Positions 31,962-47,700 are shown, counted from the stretch's first letter. The stretch: 64,000 bases of DNA from Chrysomallon squamiferum (GCA_012295275.1 CM022672.1:6324001-6388000); one strand, 5' to 3'. Notes: generated by a model from the sequence alone, not told the origin. Numbers and translations are program-made.

Positions 31962-34312
31962 CCATTTCATCAATTGGTACAATAACTGAAGAAGATGAAA
32001 ATATACAGTCAAACTTAATATATTTCTTTTGAATTATGTCCTTATGTGTTTATTATTCTCATTTTGTTTTATTTATTGTATTAATGTGGATGTACAAGTT
32101 TAATTTGTGTTATTTATTTATTAATATATTACAATTTTTTACTATTAATTTTTAAGTGATTACATGACATGCTGGTTGTTTTCTAAAATCCGTCCAATTT
32201 TATATTCGTCAATTAAGTAAATAAATGGACATTAATCAGTGAAACTAATCAGATTTCAAAAAAAGAAAAAGTTAAGGCAGTTTCATTCTTTATTTATTAT
32301 CATTATTGTCATTCTGTTTGGTGTTATATTTAGAGTATTTTTTTTAATGTTATTCTGATTTGAAAATAACATCCTAATAATGATGTGTTTTGTATTGTAA
32401 AGGCCAAAAATATGACAATAAGATGTTTAGCTGTACTTCTTAATATTTAACAGTTATTTTGTGTCAAATATCTCAATAATTTATTGTTATTGTTATTTTG
32501 TTTCTTTTTTAAATACAATCGGCTACTTTTATCTGCTAGTAGCAAAACATATTATGATTTAATATACACTCTTCTAAGCTAATATATATATATATATACA
32601 GTTGTAGAATACTGGCTGCCTCACAGATTAGTTCAGTGGTTGTTTGAATAACAGTTGATCCTGTGGTTAATTATGCCTTGATCTAGTGCTCAGTCAGAGC
32701 CATCATGAGTAGATCTCAGTGAATTAACTCATTTTATCACACTTTAAACTCATTTTATCACACATTATTGGCACATTTTCACTTTTACTTGGGAACAGCA
32801 AATTTCATTGTATCTTCCAACATCACCCAATATTATGTACTACTGGCTGTTTCTTTTCGTGTGTCAGATATGTTCATGTTGCATATAATATCAACACTGC
32901 CAAATACGTTGCACCATTGTCAGTTTAAAAATATGCCTGATATAATATCAACACTGCCCAATATGTTGCAATATTGTCAATTTATACTGTTAATTGAACA
33001 AAACAGTCATATTCTGACCAGTTTTTTTTTTTTTTTTTTTTTTTTTACACAAACTGCTTTTATTTTTTATTTATAACCTTGTTATAAAATCACAAGGTAT
33101 TGTTTAAAACTAATAACAGTACAACAGTTATTATTAATGTCAGACTTTAACATTGAAAATAAACTTTAAAACAAAAATGATGAAGGCAGCAAGTATGTCT
33201 GTGCAAGTGTGTATACATGCAACTATTTAATAGTATATGAATGTTGTTTGTTTTATTAAATACAGAATATATATATGTATATATATTTAACCATTTTTAT
33301 TACTGTAACAAAATAACAGTGGAACAATTTTAATTAAATTGCTGATTTTATCACCTTTATTTTTTGAATGCATCTGTATAAAGTGCTATTTCTCAATGAC
33401 TGGTTTTGTTTTGTTTTGGTTGTTTTAAAAATGTGTATATTTTATTAAAAGATGCAAACTCCGCATTTTTAAAAATATTTTTAATGGTACATGGTATCAT
33501 ATGGTTAAGGACATACATGAGAATGAGAAGAAATCCAATATTAATGGGATTGTTGGAGTTTTTTTTTTTTTTTTTTTATGATAACCTGCACTTTCCGATT
33601 GTTGGAAAATTCAAATGACAGGCTCTGATAAGGTAATCATAATACAGTTGCTTGGTTGGGAAATGGACAAGTTTGGTCAGAACTGATTTCATGAAAGAAA
33701 TCACTAATCATTCAAAATTATAAATACTTTCAGAGAGGATGTAAAACAGGCTTATTTTCCAGAGATATACTCTGTCGATACTAATCTTTGTTTAAATAAT
33801 ACCGTATTTGCGATATAAAAAAAGTACCGTTAAAAAGAAATATGACGAATACGAAGGGACGTAAGTCTTCTCACTAGCAAGGTTATGTCCCTTTAATAAA
33901 GCGAAATTATGTTTGACGGAGATTATAAAACTTTAATTTCGTATTGCATTTGTTTCCCAAGTGAGGTATATAACTGCTTCTTCTATTAGACAGTGACAAT
34001 AAAACTATCATCAGTGATATGAACTAGATAAGAAATACAGCGAATTTTGATATCTTAAAATCGGGATCATCACCTTTCCAATCTAGCTGAGTTAGTAAGG
34101 AAATTTCGTCTGACTCTGAGTTACATCCCACAGAGAATGTTATTGCTTCTCTACTAAATTATTTAAACAAGAATAACTCAAGACAGGATTTAATCTCATT
34201 TTGACTGCGTTCTTGAACAAAAAATTCTCAGCATCCATACATCGTCTCCAAATACGACAGTTTACTCATCATTAATTTCTTCTAGGAAACGAAGACGGAA
34301 AAAAAAAAAAAA

Positions 34313-34350
<38 letters not shown>

Positions 34351-34885
34351 ATAAACAAATAAATAAAAAGAAGAAAAGAAGCCAAATGAACATCTTGGGA
34401 TTGTTACGTTTTATATACTCTTTTAATATTATCAGCTAATATATACTGATTTCGATTTTTTGTAATAAAAAAAAAAAATAATAATAAAAAAAATACAACA
34501 ACAACAGTTTGATATGTTTTATTGATATGGTGACCACACACATAAAGTGGTAATACAAGAATGCAACACGAACACATCGACCGTGATCTTATTGACACGT
34601 GCATTGCAGATACACATTTACACTTACTTCATGAGAAACAGAGTGAAATAATAATAAATCTTATTTTACATAACGAACGTAAGGATTTGTGTGTATATGT
34701 GTGTGTACGTATGTACTTTCTGTATGTATATGTGGTGAGTGTATGTATATGTGGTGAGTGTATGTATATGTGGTGAGTGTATGTATATGATGGATGAATG
34801 CATACACGTATGCATGTACATATTTATGTATGTAAGTGTATGCATATATGAATATGTATATGTATGTAAGATTATTTCGCAGGTA

Positions 34886-34984
<99 letters not shown>

Positions 34985-35295
34985 TAATGAATGAATTAAT
35001 TAATAAATAAAACAAACCGACTGACACTTTTTTTGGCCCAGATTTCTCCTAATGCCAGTCACCAGAGAAATTCTCTGAGCAAAATAAAATAACATCACTA
35101 AATAAAATACATGTCTTTTCAGTTTATGCAAAATTCATGTACAAATATTAGTTTTGATTTAAATGCTCTTTCAAAAGCGATGTGAAGATACTGTGAATTT
35201 TACAATGAAACACACAACATATGCCCTATATAAATTATAGAAATATTTAACAGTCAAAATATGAAATATAGATGGAACAATGTCATATTGATTTC

Positions 35296-35384
<89 letters not shown>

Positions 35385-36024
35385 TTGATAACGAAAGAAA
35401 TGTGTCACATTTCTATAAATATATACTGCTTTACTTTGAATAAATGTACAACAATTGAAAATATATGTATAAACATCTCTGAATAAAATAGTAAAATATA
35501 TTTTGTATAATTCATATTAATACACAAACAAACAAACAAACAAATTAATAAATCTAACGAGAGATGAAATACGTTTAAAAACAAGTATATTTCTAGAAAT
35601 ACGCTTTTGTTATTCATATACCAACGCATTCATTTATTAATAAAACAGTAAAATAAATGTTTATACAATTCATATAAATAATATAAAGTATAGTAAAATA
35701 AATAAACAAACAAACAACGAAAAAACAAAACAAAATAACAAACAAATGTAATCAAGGATGAAATACATTTACATTTAAAAAAGACTATTTCTAGAAAAAT
35801 GTCCAATGATACTCTTTCTCAGGTGTTTATTTATTTATTTTTTTAAATTATTTTTTAATAAAGAAAATCTTATATAAAATATGCCTTATTATAAAAATAA
35901 ACATATAGTTAAACAGTCAAATAAAACAAGTACACAAAAGAAAAACACATTATATTTACATGCCGGTCTATGTATATATATATACACCTGTGTATTTGTG
36001 TGTATATGTGTGTGTATGTGTATG

Positions 36025-36065
<41 letters not shown>

Positions 36066-36618
36066 CTGCATCTGTGTGTTTGTCTGTCTGTCTAAATGTA
36101 TAAGTATGTATACATTCAGTTACTGTGTCTTATTTCCACGTTGCGCAGAAGCCTCTTCAAGAAGAAATCTCTGTGACAAAATTAACTCACTTGATGTGTG
36201 AATTTAATAAAGTAAATTTCCCTGCAGATAATAATCGACATGGAAAACTTAGTGTACAGATGTATGGCGTCTGACTGTGATGTCCATTAATTTTGTTTTT
36301 TTTTCGTCTAATAACGTGTGTTTTTTACTTCAGTCTCACCTAGCACACGAACGTTTTGACAGTGCGTAAACACACGCTTTTATCATTTTCATACAGCCGT
36401 ATTATTAGCTTGTAAATACGCTTTATTAAATTTATATGTCTCTGTTATTATTTTGTAAATAAACTTTATTTACATGTATTTCACGTAACCCTATCATTAT
36501 CTTGAATGCGCTTTATCAGTTTCGTATATCTGTATGATTATCTTGTGAATACGTTTATCAATTTCATATAACCTTTTCGTTACCGTGTTCTCTGTGTGTG
36601 TGTGTTTGTGTTTATGTT

Positions 36619-36669
<51 letters not shown>

Positions 36670-37724
36670 CTTCCAGTATGTCTCGTGCTTTTTTTGATAT
36701 TTCTATGTTGCCTTTATCATCAAAAAAAAAGAAAAAAAAAAAAGAATAGAAATATAGTATGTTTTTTTTCCATATTTTTTCTTTTCTCTCCTTTTTTTTT
36801 TTTTTTTCTTTGTGCAATTTTATCATTATAACGTAAATATGCATTATTAAATTTCAGATAGGAAATAGAGGCTAGGGATAAATTATAACACATAACGTAC
36901 TGTCATTTAAATATTTCTATATGTATGTGTGCATGTGTACGTAAATGTGGGTGTCTGTAACTACGCACACACACACACACACAATTAATCTTGACATAAG
37001 CATTAGTAATAGACGTATGTTGATTTAAAAAAATAATCAATTTAAAAAACGAAATAAATAAATTAATAAATAAATACCAAAGTAAGTAATCAGAAAAGCT
37101 AAATTAAGAGAATCATTACAACATTCTCTTACTAAAAATAATAACAGAAATGTTAATAATACAGGCTGAGAATCTTTCATCCGAAATGCTCGAGATCTGA
37201 AGTGTTTCGGACTTCAGAATTTTGTTCAGACTGTAAGGAAACAGGATCTAAGTCTAAATACGAATTCCATTTATGTTTCATATACAGTTCAAATAAACAG
37301 TCTGCAGGATTTCTCTGTATATAATTTTTAATAATTTTGTGCATAAAACAAAGTTTTTGTATCCAAAACAATCTGAAAACTTTTCGGATAAGGGATCTCT
37401 ATCTGTAATAATAATAACAATAATAATAATAATAATAATATCAACAACATCTCGGTTTATAATCGCTTATAATACATTTTAAAGATGTAAATAGTTTTAT
37501 ATATAATTTGAATCAAAGTATCATCATAATGTATTGTTTTGACAAAAGTTTGGATTGTGCGTGCAGTTTGTTTTATGTCCCTTATTAAGCGAATGCGCGC
37601 ACCAAACATCTAACAAATGACAAAACCACTGATAACAAAGACAGGAAAATCGTTGGTTGTGTAGAGGGGAAGGCAGTTTATATCCACCATAAAGAACATA
37701 CTGAAAGTGCACCAATGTCTGGCT

Positions 37725-37725
37725 A

Positions 37726-37813
<88 letters not shown>

Positions 37814-38055
37814 GTAATAAGTATAATAGTAATAGTAATAATAATAATAATAGTAATAATAATAATATTAATAATAAATATAATAGTAATAGTAATAATA
37901 ATAATAATAATAAATAAAATAGTAATAGTAATAATAATAATAATAGTAGTAATAGTAATAATAATAATAATAGCGATAATTGTGATAATAACAATAACTA
38001 ATAATAGTAATAACAATAACAATAGAAATCGTAGTAGCAGTAGTAGTAATAGTAA
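37725..38055. repeat. long compound (AAT/AGT)n microsatellite
   Basis: Direct reading; source of the poly-Leu/Ile ORFs. Confidence 0.95.
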
Positions 38056-38657
38056 TTTGAGTGTAATTTGAGTGTAATATTCAGTATAAAATACTTTTTT
38101 TCTCTTATATACATATCATTTAAAAAAAGTAAATAATAATAATAATAATAATCATCATCATCACCATCATCATAATATATCAATAAGTAAATAAATAAGT
38201 ATGAAAGTAAATAAACAAACATGTAAGTACAAATAATAATTGATAAAATTATATAAATATATTGATTAATTTTAAAAATTACATGATTTTGTACGCTGTA
38301 ATTGTTGTTATATACATTTTTATATTTTTATATTCTATATTTTAACCGTACTTTGTCTTTTTAGTTATTGGTTTCAAAACGTTTCATATTTCTTCTGGGT
38401 TTTCTTTTTAAACATATAATTAATCATTATCCAAAAATACATATATTTCCACAATTTTAACAATACTGAAGCAGTAACATAAACATAACAGTAATCTATT
38501 TTAATATTATTTAACATACAGTTGAATAATACAGGAGCTGAAATAATAATAATAATAATCCGTTGTACGAGGTCAAATACAAAAATAGATATTTAGTTTC
38601 GTATTTTTTTTCAAATATATATATATATCTCTTATTTCGAAATTCTTTTTATCTAAG

Positions 38658-38904
38658 TTATTTGAAAAAATCTGGCGCATCAGGATTTGTGGGTGATCCA
38701 CCCGAATCAGCAGATTCTTCATAGCAACCATCGTAGTCAAATTCTGCTGGCACATGCTCAATCAAGTCTTCCGGCGACTCACACCGGGCTTCTTCCGCTA
38801 TCTCATCCGTCCCAGATTCTTCTTCCGGTACTGTGATCAGACGACGTTGTGTTTCAAGTGGAAGTTGTAAAAACTTTCTAGGTCCCATATGTTGCGGAAA
38901 TTGT
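38658..38904 (-). CDS. membrane protein terminal exon (QFPQHM...PDFFK*)
   Basis: TTTCAG acceptor, phase 2; GC-richer coding-like sequence. Confidence 0.8.
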
Positions 38905-39092
38905 CTGAAATTAAAAGAAGGTACATTAGTGGTAGTAATAGTAGTAGTAGTAGTAGCAGCAGTACCAACAGCAGTAGTAGTAGTAGTAGTAGAAGTACTG
39001 ATTAATGGTAATTGTTGTAGTGGTGATGGCAGCAATAGCACTGATACTAATGGTAATGGTAGTAGTACTAGCTGTAATAATAATACTGCTAA

Positions 39093-39130
<38 letters not shown>

Positions 39131-39326
39131 TATACGTCACATAATTAAGATGTAGTATTGGTAATAATTGTAGTTGACGTAGCAATAGCACAGATAATAA
39201 TATTAGTGATAATGGTGGACGTAGTGCAAAGAATATATAAATATAAGGATATACTATATGTATAATGAAATTAACATAACGAAATATATGTCTGTGAAAA
39301 TTATGGACTAAATTATGTAATAATTA

Positions 39327-39400
<74 letters not shown>

Positions 39401-40152
39401 CACAAAGCACAAATACATATATAAACATATATACATTCATATAGACTCACGCACTCGCACACATATATACAGAGTTATATGCATGTTCATCCATGTATAT
39501 ACATTATGTTGATTACATATTTATATATATATATTTATACCTTGGCTCAAGTCTCGGTTCCATGTTTCTTATATCAGGTTGGATTTCCATCGCTTGTGTT
39601 AAAGGTTTTGTCATCGACGAGAAATTAACTTGTTCACTGTCAGGACTCAAGTCACCTTTACTGAAAAACATAAGAAGAATAAAAATCTTTTTTATATTTA
39701 TTTGTTAATATTTACTGACTTTTAAACTACAACATCATATACTTTATTATATATTTAAAAATACTTTTTTAAAATCAAATAGCATCTTATCAGATACTAA
39801 ACAATTTCGTAAGTCAGGAAAATACTCTGAGATGAATTGAAAGTTTATAAAACTGATACTGGTGAACTAATTGCCGTCTAATATGGCGATAATATACGTT
39901 ACATAATTAAGATATAGAATGAGCTAAAAAGTGTAAAGTTTCAGTAATGACCGAACAAAAGTTTTAGAAATCCTGATAGCCGTAGTGAATTTGCTATTTG
40001 TGTTTGAGTGTACAAGGACATCAAATTGAAAAATGATATATAGAAACACTTACAAGCTCTTCAAGTACGAGCAAATTTTGATTTTTGACCACTGGTATTT
40101 AATATGGTTTTAAAATATATGTCATATATGTTAAATGTTTAAAGAAAAGAAG

Positions 40153-40195
<43 letters not shown>

Positions 40196-40713
40196 TGTTA
40201 ATATATATTTCAGGCAAAATATTAAAATATTCACCGACTAAATTCACGAGGCTTAGCACGATTTGACGACCAGTCTATTCCGGAAATGGAGCTATTTTGA
40301 AAATATCGAGCTGTAATGAGTTCTTAATGAACGTAGCTCCCTTTACTGAGAAAAGACAACTTACGTTTTCTTCCTGTGTCGAAATACCAAAATGGCGATA
40401 ATTAAGGCAATTGTCGCCAGCAGCAAGGCACATAACACAAGAGTGATTATGATAATAAAGTATGGAACACCGGCTGAAACAGAAACAAAAAGAGAAAAAA
40501 TCTCATTAAGGAAATATATATCTATTTTTATCTTTTTAGTAAAATTGATGCATTCATTTATCCATTCATTCAAACACCATATTATGTGGGGTTTTTTTGT
40601 GTTTTTTTGTTTGTTTTTTGTGACGATGATAGTCATGATAATATGATGATGACAGTCATAGTGATGATGATAATGATAACTGTGATGGTAATAAATAATA
40701 CTAATAATAATAA

Positions 40714-40744
<31 letters not shown>

Positions 40745-41775
40745 AAGAAGAAGAAGAAGAATTAAAATAGTAGTAATAATAAAAAACAACAACAACAACG
40801 ACAATAACAAACATTTCCCCCAAAACCAGCTAATAAAACTGCCTGTGTAGTATACACATATCACTACAAACGTTTTAAAAACACAAGAACTACAGGAGGA
40901 AGGAGGACATATTTTACTCAACACATTTTTAATTCATAGTTATATATGTGACCAAAGACAGTAAAATAATCAAAAAGGAAACCAGCGCTAATTTTACACG
41001 ATTTACTTTATTCCCATCCACCCACCCCAGTTAACTGCAATGATTGTGTTTTATGCATAGACAGATATAGTTTGTGATGAATCTTAAGTCAGACTTTGGT
41101 TAAACTGAGGAACTGTTCTAATAGGGCACACAGATAGTTAGGGATACTGCTGTCCAGTGATACTGCGTTTAACCAATAAGCTACAGAAAGCCTCACAAGA
41201 CCGCGGACATAAGAAACTTAAAACAAGAGACGGGAAACGACATCTCAGACATTATTCAAACAGAGGACCAGTATACTGAACTGATCTGAATGTTATTCAC
41301 TCTCAGTCCACTCGTCAAAACACCTTGACTCTAATCTCACCTCTTATGAAACATTCGTATGAAATCACACGACTTTTCGATTCCAGCAGACGTGAAAGAT
41401 GTACCGGAAGCATGAATGAATACAGCAGTGCGATTAAGGAGCTATCTATGGAATAAAATGGTATAATTAACGCCCACCTGAAGAGTAATTTATTAAGTTC
41501 CCCTGTTATCTGCTTCTTGCACCTGGCCTTAGGAGATAATGCGTGTTTGAAATGAAGAGTAAAAGGGTATTTGTGAATAGTGCATACAAGAAGAAGAGGT
41601 TATTATTGAATAAGCTTTTAATATGGTGTTCGTAAACAGGAACTGAACTGAGAGAAAAGTACATGCACCCACACATGTACTCAGAAACATATACACTAGT
41701 CAGGCAATGTACTCTTTTTTACCTTCTGTCTCCGAATCTTTATTTCTTATTACTATTATATCTATCTCTATCTCC

Positions 41776-41847
<72 letters not shown>

Positions 41848-42371
41848 CGCTCAAACTCCCGCATACAACATGTTCATTTATTCACCACGCTATTTATTTA
41901 AAGATATAAATATTATTCGTTCCTACGTGATTAATTTCGTAATCGATGCGTTCGCATTCTAGATATTTTTATTTTATTTTATTTTTTATTTATTTTTTGT
42001 GTTTTGTTTTAAACAATACAAATGGCGGATGCGAAGGTTAGCAGAGAATAAATGTTTTGTTAACATTTTCAAGTAATAAATGCCGCTTCCCATCAGTGTT
42101 GTATTGGACATCGATTACAGCCTCGGGGGCAACGTCAGTGAACTCAGACGTGTTTATAACATCTAATCAGACGAGAAAATAGAGCACCGTAAAATAAACA
42201 ACAAAGAAGATACGTAATTAACTTTTCAACAATGGCGAATTACTCCACAGCCAGAACACACTGCAAACACAAGATGAAAAATCATTTTAAATCATTTCAG
42301 AACCGGCGAGAAAGAAAAAGACCTCCTGGATAGTAATTTCTGTAAACTAAAATGGACTCTTAGGAATTAAT

Positions 42372-42438
<67 letters not shown>

Positions 42439-43708
42439 GTGACACACAGACGGACATATAGATATATAGACAGACAGATAGATAGATTGACACACGGACT
42501 TATAGATATACAGACAGACAGACAGACAGATAGATACATTTTAAAAAGTTTACCACACTTTGAGGAATCGGATAAAATAAATAAATAAATAAATGCAGTA
42601 TTTCTAATCGTTTTAAAAATGGGATTTGTTGTCTGCACCAGGTTAAAAAAGAGTTAAGATTACTTCTTTTTTTTTTTTTTTTTTTTTTTTTTTTCCTCTG
42701 CAAGAAAATAATTGGTATTTTCTCAAATCCTAAAGGTGTGTTTGGTAACATGTGGCTTGTATGTGAAAATAACAAGACGCATCGTAAACTTTAAATGAAG
42801 AAAGCCAGAGGTGGTTTCTTTTAATGTCAAACATTACACCAGCGAGTGTTCCTTTGAAAAAAATTCAAACAGTAACAGATTTATAGGTTTCAAGGTAAAC
42901 AGAACACCCATAACAATCAGCGGATTTCATCTCTTACGTAAAGTATTTGTTCATTGTCGAAAGCGGCATCTTTTAAACAAAGTTTATAGTTACAATAGAG
43001 AGCGTTTCGTCTCTTGAATAAAATGCATGGGTACAGTATAGTGTGTTTCATATCTTAAAATGAATAGAGAGCATGTTTCATTCATATCTTAAATAAAATG
43101 TATAGTTACAGTATGGAGCGTATTTCGTATCTTAAATAAAAATGTATGGTAACAGTATAGAAAGTGTTTCATATCTTAAATAAAATGTATAATTTCAGTA
43201 TATAGTGTATTTTATGTCTTAAATAAAATGTATACTTACAGCATAAAACATGTTTCATCTCTTAAAGGGAACATATAGTTACAGCAAAAATGTGGGTTTA
43301 GTAGTTTAAACGAAATTTTGCATGATGATTAGCTTTCTTTTCCTTTTTCCATTAGCATCTAGTAACTATCCTTAATATTTTGTTATCCGATTTCAGTCAC
43401 CATAAATACATAACCAAAAGAAAGAAAAAAAAAAAATAATAATACAATTATCACTATGCCTTTGGGAAAGAAAAATTACTATTCTCAAAACAGCATTTAG
43501 TGGTCACTGGTATGAAAATCCCGGCGTCTGTTTTCAAGATAAACGAGAAAGTAAAAGAAAGTGGTAACACAAAGACGAGATGATGATGATGATGATAAAA
43601 TGTAATAATAATGACAACAATAATAAAAATAGTAGCAGAAAATATAACAATAACAGTAATAACAAAAACAATAACAACAATGATGTGATCATGATGATGG
43701 TGATAATG

Positions 43709-43758
<50 letters not shown>

Positions 43759-44245
43759 GAACAAAAGGAAGTCAAAAATCATCTTTGTCAGATAATTATT
43801 TTTCTCTTTCAAATGTCAAAGATCAGAATGATAATTAATTTTATCGCTGCACTCAGACGAAGTCAACCAGATTTGTGTCGTCTGCTCATCAGAAATGGCG
43901 GCTTTTCGCTTAAAACCCGCCATTTTTTGCGCTCTATTCTCGTCTGATTGACGCAACGCTCAAGCTCGGTACTAAATCCTGAAGGTATTAGGTCTCTATC
44001 GTATCACAGCATTCTGCCGAGGCTGGGAAGTGTAAAACGGTCGTGACAAGTCTTGTGTTGTCACCAGTAACAGAAGCCCAACACGCTACCAAACAAAAGA
44101 ATAAACGTTACCTGACTTGCTCGATATCGTAGCCGTGTTTGGATTTTTTTGTAAAACAGAAAAAAAAGTATTAGTGTTGTTTTGATTTAATTAAATTTAA
44201 TTTTTATATTTATTTTATATTATTATTACTCTTTATTATTAAATT

Positions 44246-44276
<31 letters not shown>

Positions 44277-44671
44277 TTATTGGGTTTTTTTTTTTTTTTT
44301 TTTTTATAGAATTCTAGTGTTAAATAATACAACTAAAAAATACATATAGATTAATTTTATTTTATGCGAACATTACTTGTTATTTTTGACGTTATAGGTA
44401 AGCTATCCCAGTTTTCAGTGCGCCATAGCCATTTTGGTTCTTTAATTCTAGGCGATTAACAAGCGTGAACCGTGTTTTTGTGAAATTCCTTCTACCACAT
44501 ACTAAATCAAATAAAAAAGAAGCTATATCTGTACAAACTTGTACTAAACAGTAAGTTTGCCTAATGAAATAATATAGCTACGCTTATACAGTGACGTTAC
44601 AGAGGGAAAAAAAGGCTTATTTAATATTAACGCACGTTTCAAATTCACCTAAATGAAAGATTCGAGAACGA

Positions 44672-44731
<60 letters not shown>

Positions 44732-47700
44732 TTTTATATACACACATGTATATAACATACGGATCTGACTGACCTCACAGTTACCACAGACAGTTTCATT
44801 AATAAGTAATCGAGGCTGTCTTAGGAAAGGCGACCTCTTTCCATTGATAAATTGAACACATAAATGCCTCACTTTATTTAGTGGTTGTCATAATGAAAAA
44901 ACCTGAGGTAAACCAATTAATGTGAACGTTAAAAAAAAAGAAAAGAAAAAAAAAAAAAAATTGTTTTCAGAGACTTTTAAAAGTTCATAAAAATCAAAAC
45001 GATGGAAATATTTTCATTTTGCATAAATCCACTATTTCACCTTAAACACATTTATTTGACTTTATTAGTGTTTATATGTCACCTTATGTAAATTAATTAC
45101 AATTTAAACATGTTTATTTTCCTTATACAAATTTATTGCTCTCTTTATATGCTTATTTGCCATTTTAATAAAAAAATATATTTTTATAATCGTTCACTTT
45201 ACTTTGGTCATATCTGAAACTATTGCCAAATTAAAAAGTCAAACATATTTCCTTCTGGTTTGTGTCTTAATTATCATACTTTACATACAGAAAAGATTTG
45301 TCGTCATTTCTACAAAACTATTATCACTTCTAATATCTATTCCACTACAACAACAACTACTACTAATAATAACAAGAATAATATACATAACAACAACAAC
45401 AATACTAATAAGAACATCAACAAAAATAATACCACAATCTCCTCAAAATATGCAATATATATATGTTGTGTAGAATAACACTGCTATGTAGACTGAGACT
45501 GCTATGTAGACTGAGACTGCTATGTAGACTAACACTACTATGTAGACTAACACTGCTATGTAGATTAACACTACTATGTAGACTAACACTGCTATGTAGA
45601 CTAACACTACTATGTAGACTAACACTACTATGTAGACTAACACTGCTATGTAGATTAACACTACTATGTAGACTAACACTACTATGAAGCCTTACATTGC
45701 TATGTACACCAGCACTACTGTGATGACTGACAAAGCTATGTAGATTATCACTCACTTGAAGACTAACATTACTATGAAATCCACACTGCTGTGTAGATTA
45801 TCACTCACTGCTATGTAGACATACAGTGAAGACTAACATTACTATGAAATCGACACTGCTGTGTAGATTATCACTCACTGCTGTGTAGACATACAGTGAA
45901 AACTAACATTACTATGAAATCCACACTGCTGTGTAGATTATCACTCACTGCTGTGTAGACATACAGTGAAAACTAACATTACTATGAAATCGACACCGTT
46001 GTGTAGATTATCACAGACTCACAGTTCAGCGACATATTTGCCCGATGATGCTGTCAGGTCAGTTTTCGTTTTCCCCTGATTACAAACACGAGTCGGTTTT
46101 ATGTCGATGCAAGTCCGCTCTATCTCTTAAACCTGCTGGCTTAAGCACTGATCTTATACAACTCAGGTAGGATGAAACGCTGGGACTGATATTAATGCGG
46201 CCCACTGTGAACTGACAGTTTCTGGAAGGCTAGGGTCTTTCCTTTATTTTTTATTTTTTTTAATCATTACTTCGTGGTCGTGAAAACAAACACCAGGTCA
46301 AGAAGTCTTTATTATCAAAGTAATTTCTAATGACATTTCAGCTGCGGTTATCTTTATTATAACTTTTGTGTTTCCCCCGCAGTTGATTATTTCGGTAATG
46401 ACATCGCGTACTAATGACGTCTCAAGTACGTTTCTTTGCTCCCTATGCATGTTTATTTGACGCAGGAAATGATTATTATTATTATTTTTTTTTTTTTTGC
46501 TTTTTAGCTGATTATTTCCTATCATACAAGTTTATTCCATTATAATGATTGTTTTTTTTCTTGTGCGAGTTCATTACATGCTTCTTTTCTTTTATACCTG
46601 ATTATTTGACCTTATACCTACTTCGTTATTTTTTAATTCAAGTTTGTTACCCTTTATACTTTCTTCTTTATATACTATGCAGTAGTTAACATACACACAC
46701 ACACACACACACATATTTGACCTTATAAATACTTATTTATTCTTTCAAAAATGTATACATATTTATTTATTTGACCTCGTAGATATATATTTCTAATCTA
46801 TTACCCAAGTTTTTTCTCTAATGCTTTTTATTTGACCAAAAAATAAAATAAAATAAAATAAATAAAAATAATGATAATAATAAGAAGAAACAAATAAAGA
46901 AAGAAAGAAAGAAAGAAGTAAAAAATCAAATAAATTTTACATAAAATAAAATTAATTAAAATGAAATGAATGAAAAAAAAAAAAAGAAAAGAATAACAAA
47001 AAAAAAAAAAAAAAAATTCAAAATTACAATTACAATTAAAATTAAAATAAAAAAAGAAACAAACAAAGGAAAACAAAGTGAGCAAATGACGTGATGTTTT
47101 TCAGTATTACGTTAGTTCCGCAAAAAGAACAACTGACGTCAGTTAGCGCTTGCAACAACACCCCCCACAAGAAAACCGCGTAGCTCATACAGCCTTTAAA
47201 AAACCTAGAAAAACGATAACAGCAAAGCAAAACAAACCCTCTAGAAATAAAACGTAGTTACGTAGAAAATCAGACACAAACAGGTATTTACTCGTTTATT
47301 CTCAAGAGCAGACGTATTCTTTCACATCTTCAAATGTTCATGATGGTCGTGTCCAATAAGCCTCGGAGCCATGATTTAATGAGGCCTGATGTATTTTCGA
47401 TGTAGTTATTGAATCGAACGCTTTATGTGACGGAACTAAACGTGATGTCCAGTGCCCCAGGGTGCTGTTTTAATTTCTTTGAGGTTAACGTTCCAAGAAA
47501 TATTTGTTTCTAGTACAAAAATTAAGACACGGTTTAGATGTAGAAAGCCACTGAAAGTTTAATTTACGATGAAGAATTTAAAAATAACAATATTAATTTA
47601 AAATAAATAAATAAATATTAAAATAAATTAAAAAGAAAAACAATGAATGTATGAATGAAAGCATGTATGTATGTGTATATGTATGCATACATGTATATGT

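Noticed and set aside
37524-38222. Long poly-Leu/poly-Ile ORFs (and similar ORFs at 35881, 36497, 43534, 47628, 63154, etc.)
   Set aside because: Translations of AAT, TG, CT and GATA microsatellites; no splice context or coding complexity.
41040-41195. tRNA-like A box on the minus strand (GTAGCTTATTGGTTAAACGC)
   Set aside because: No cloverleaf or B box; at most a decayed tRNA-derived SINE head.
45417-45755. Repetitive ORFs (LHSSVS)n / (LLCRLT)n and a superficial CRISPR-like look
   Set aside because: Pure 18-bp tandem repeat, open by chance; no unique spacers or cas genes, and the DNA is eukaryotic.
47292-47510. Possible extra coding exon for the membrane protein
   Set aside because: Stops in all three frames between the candidate acceptor and donor.
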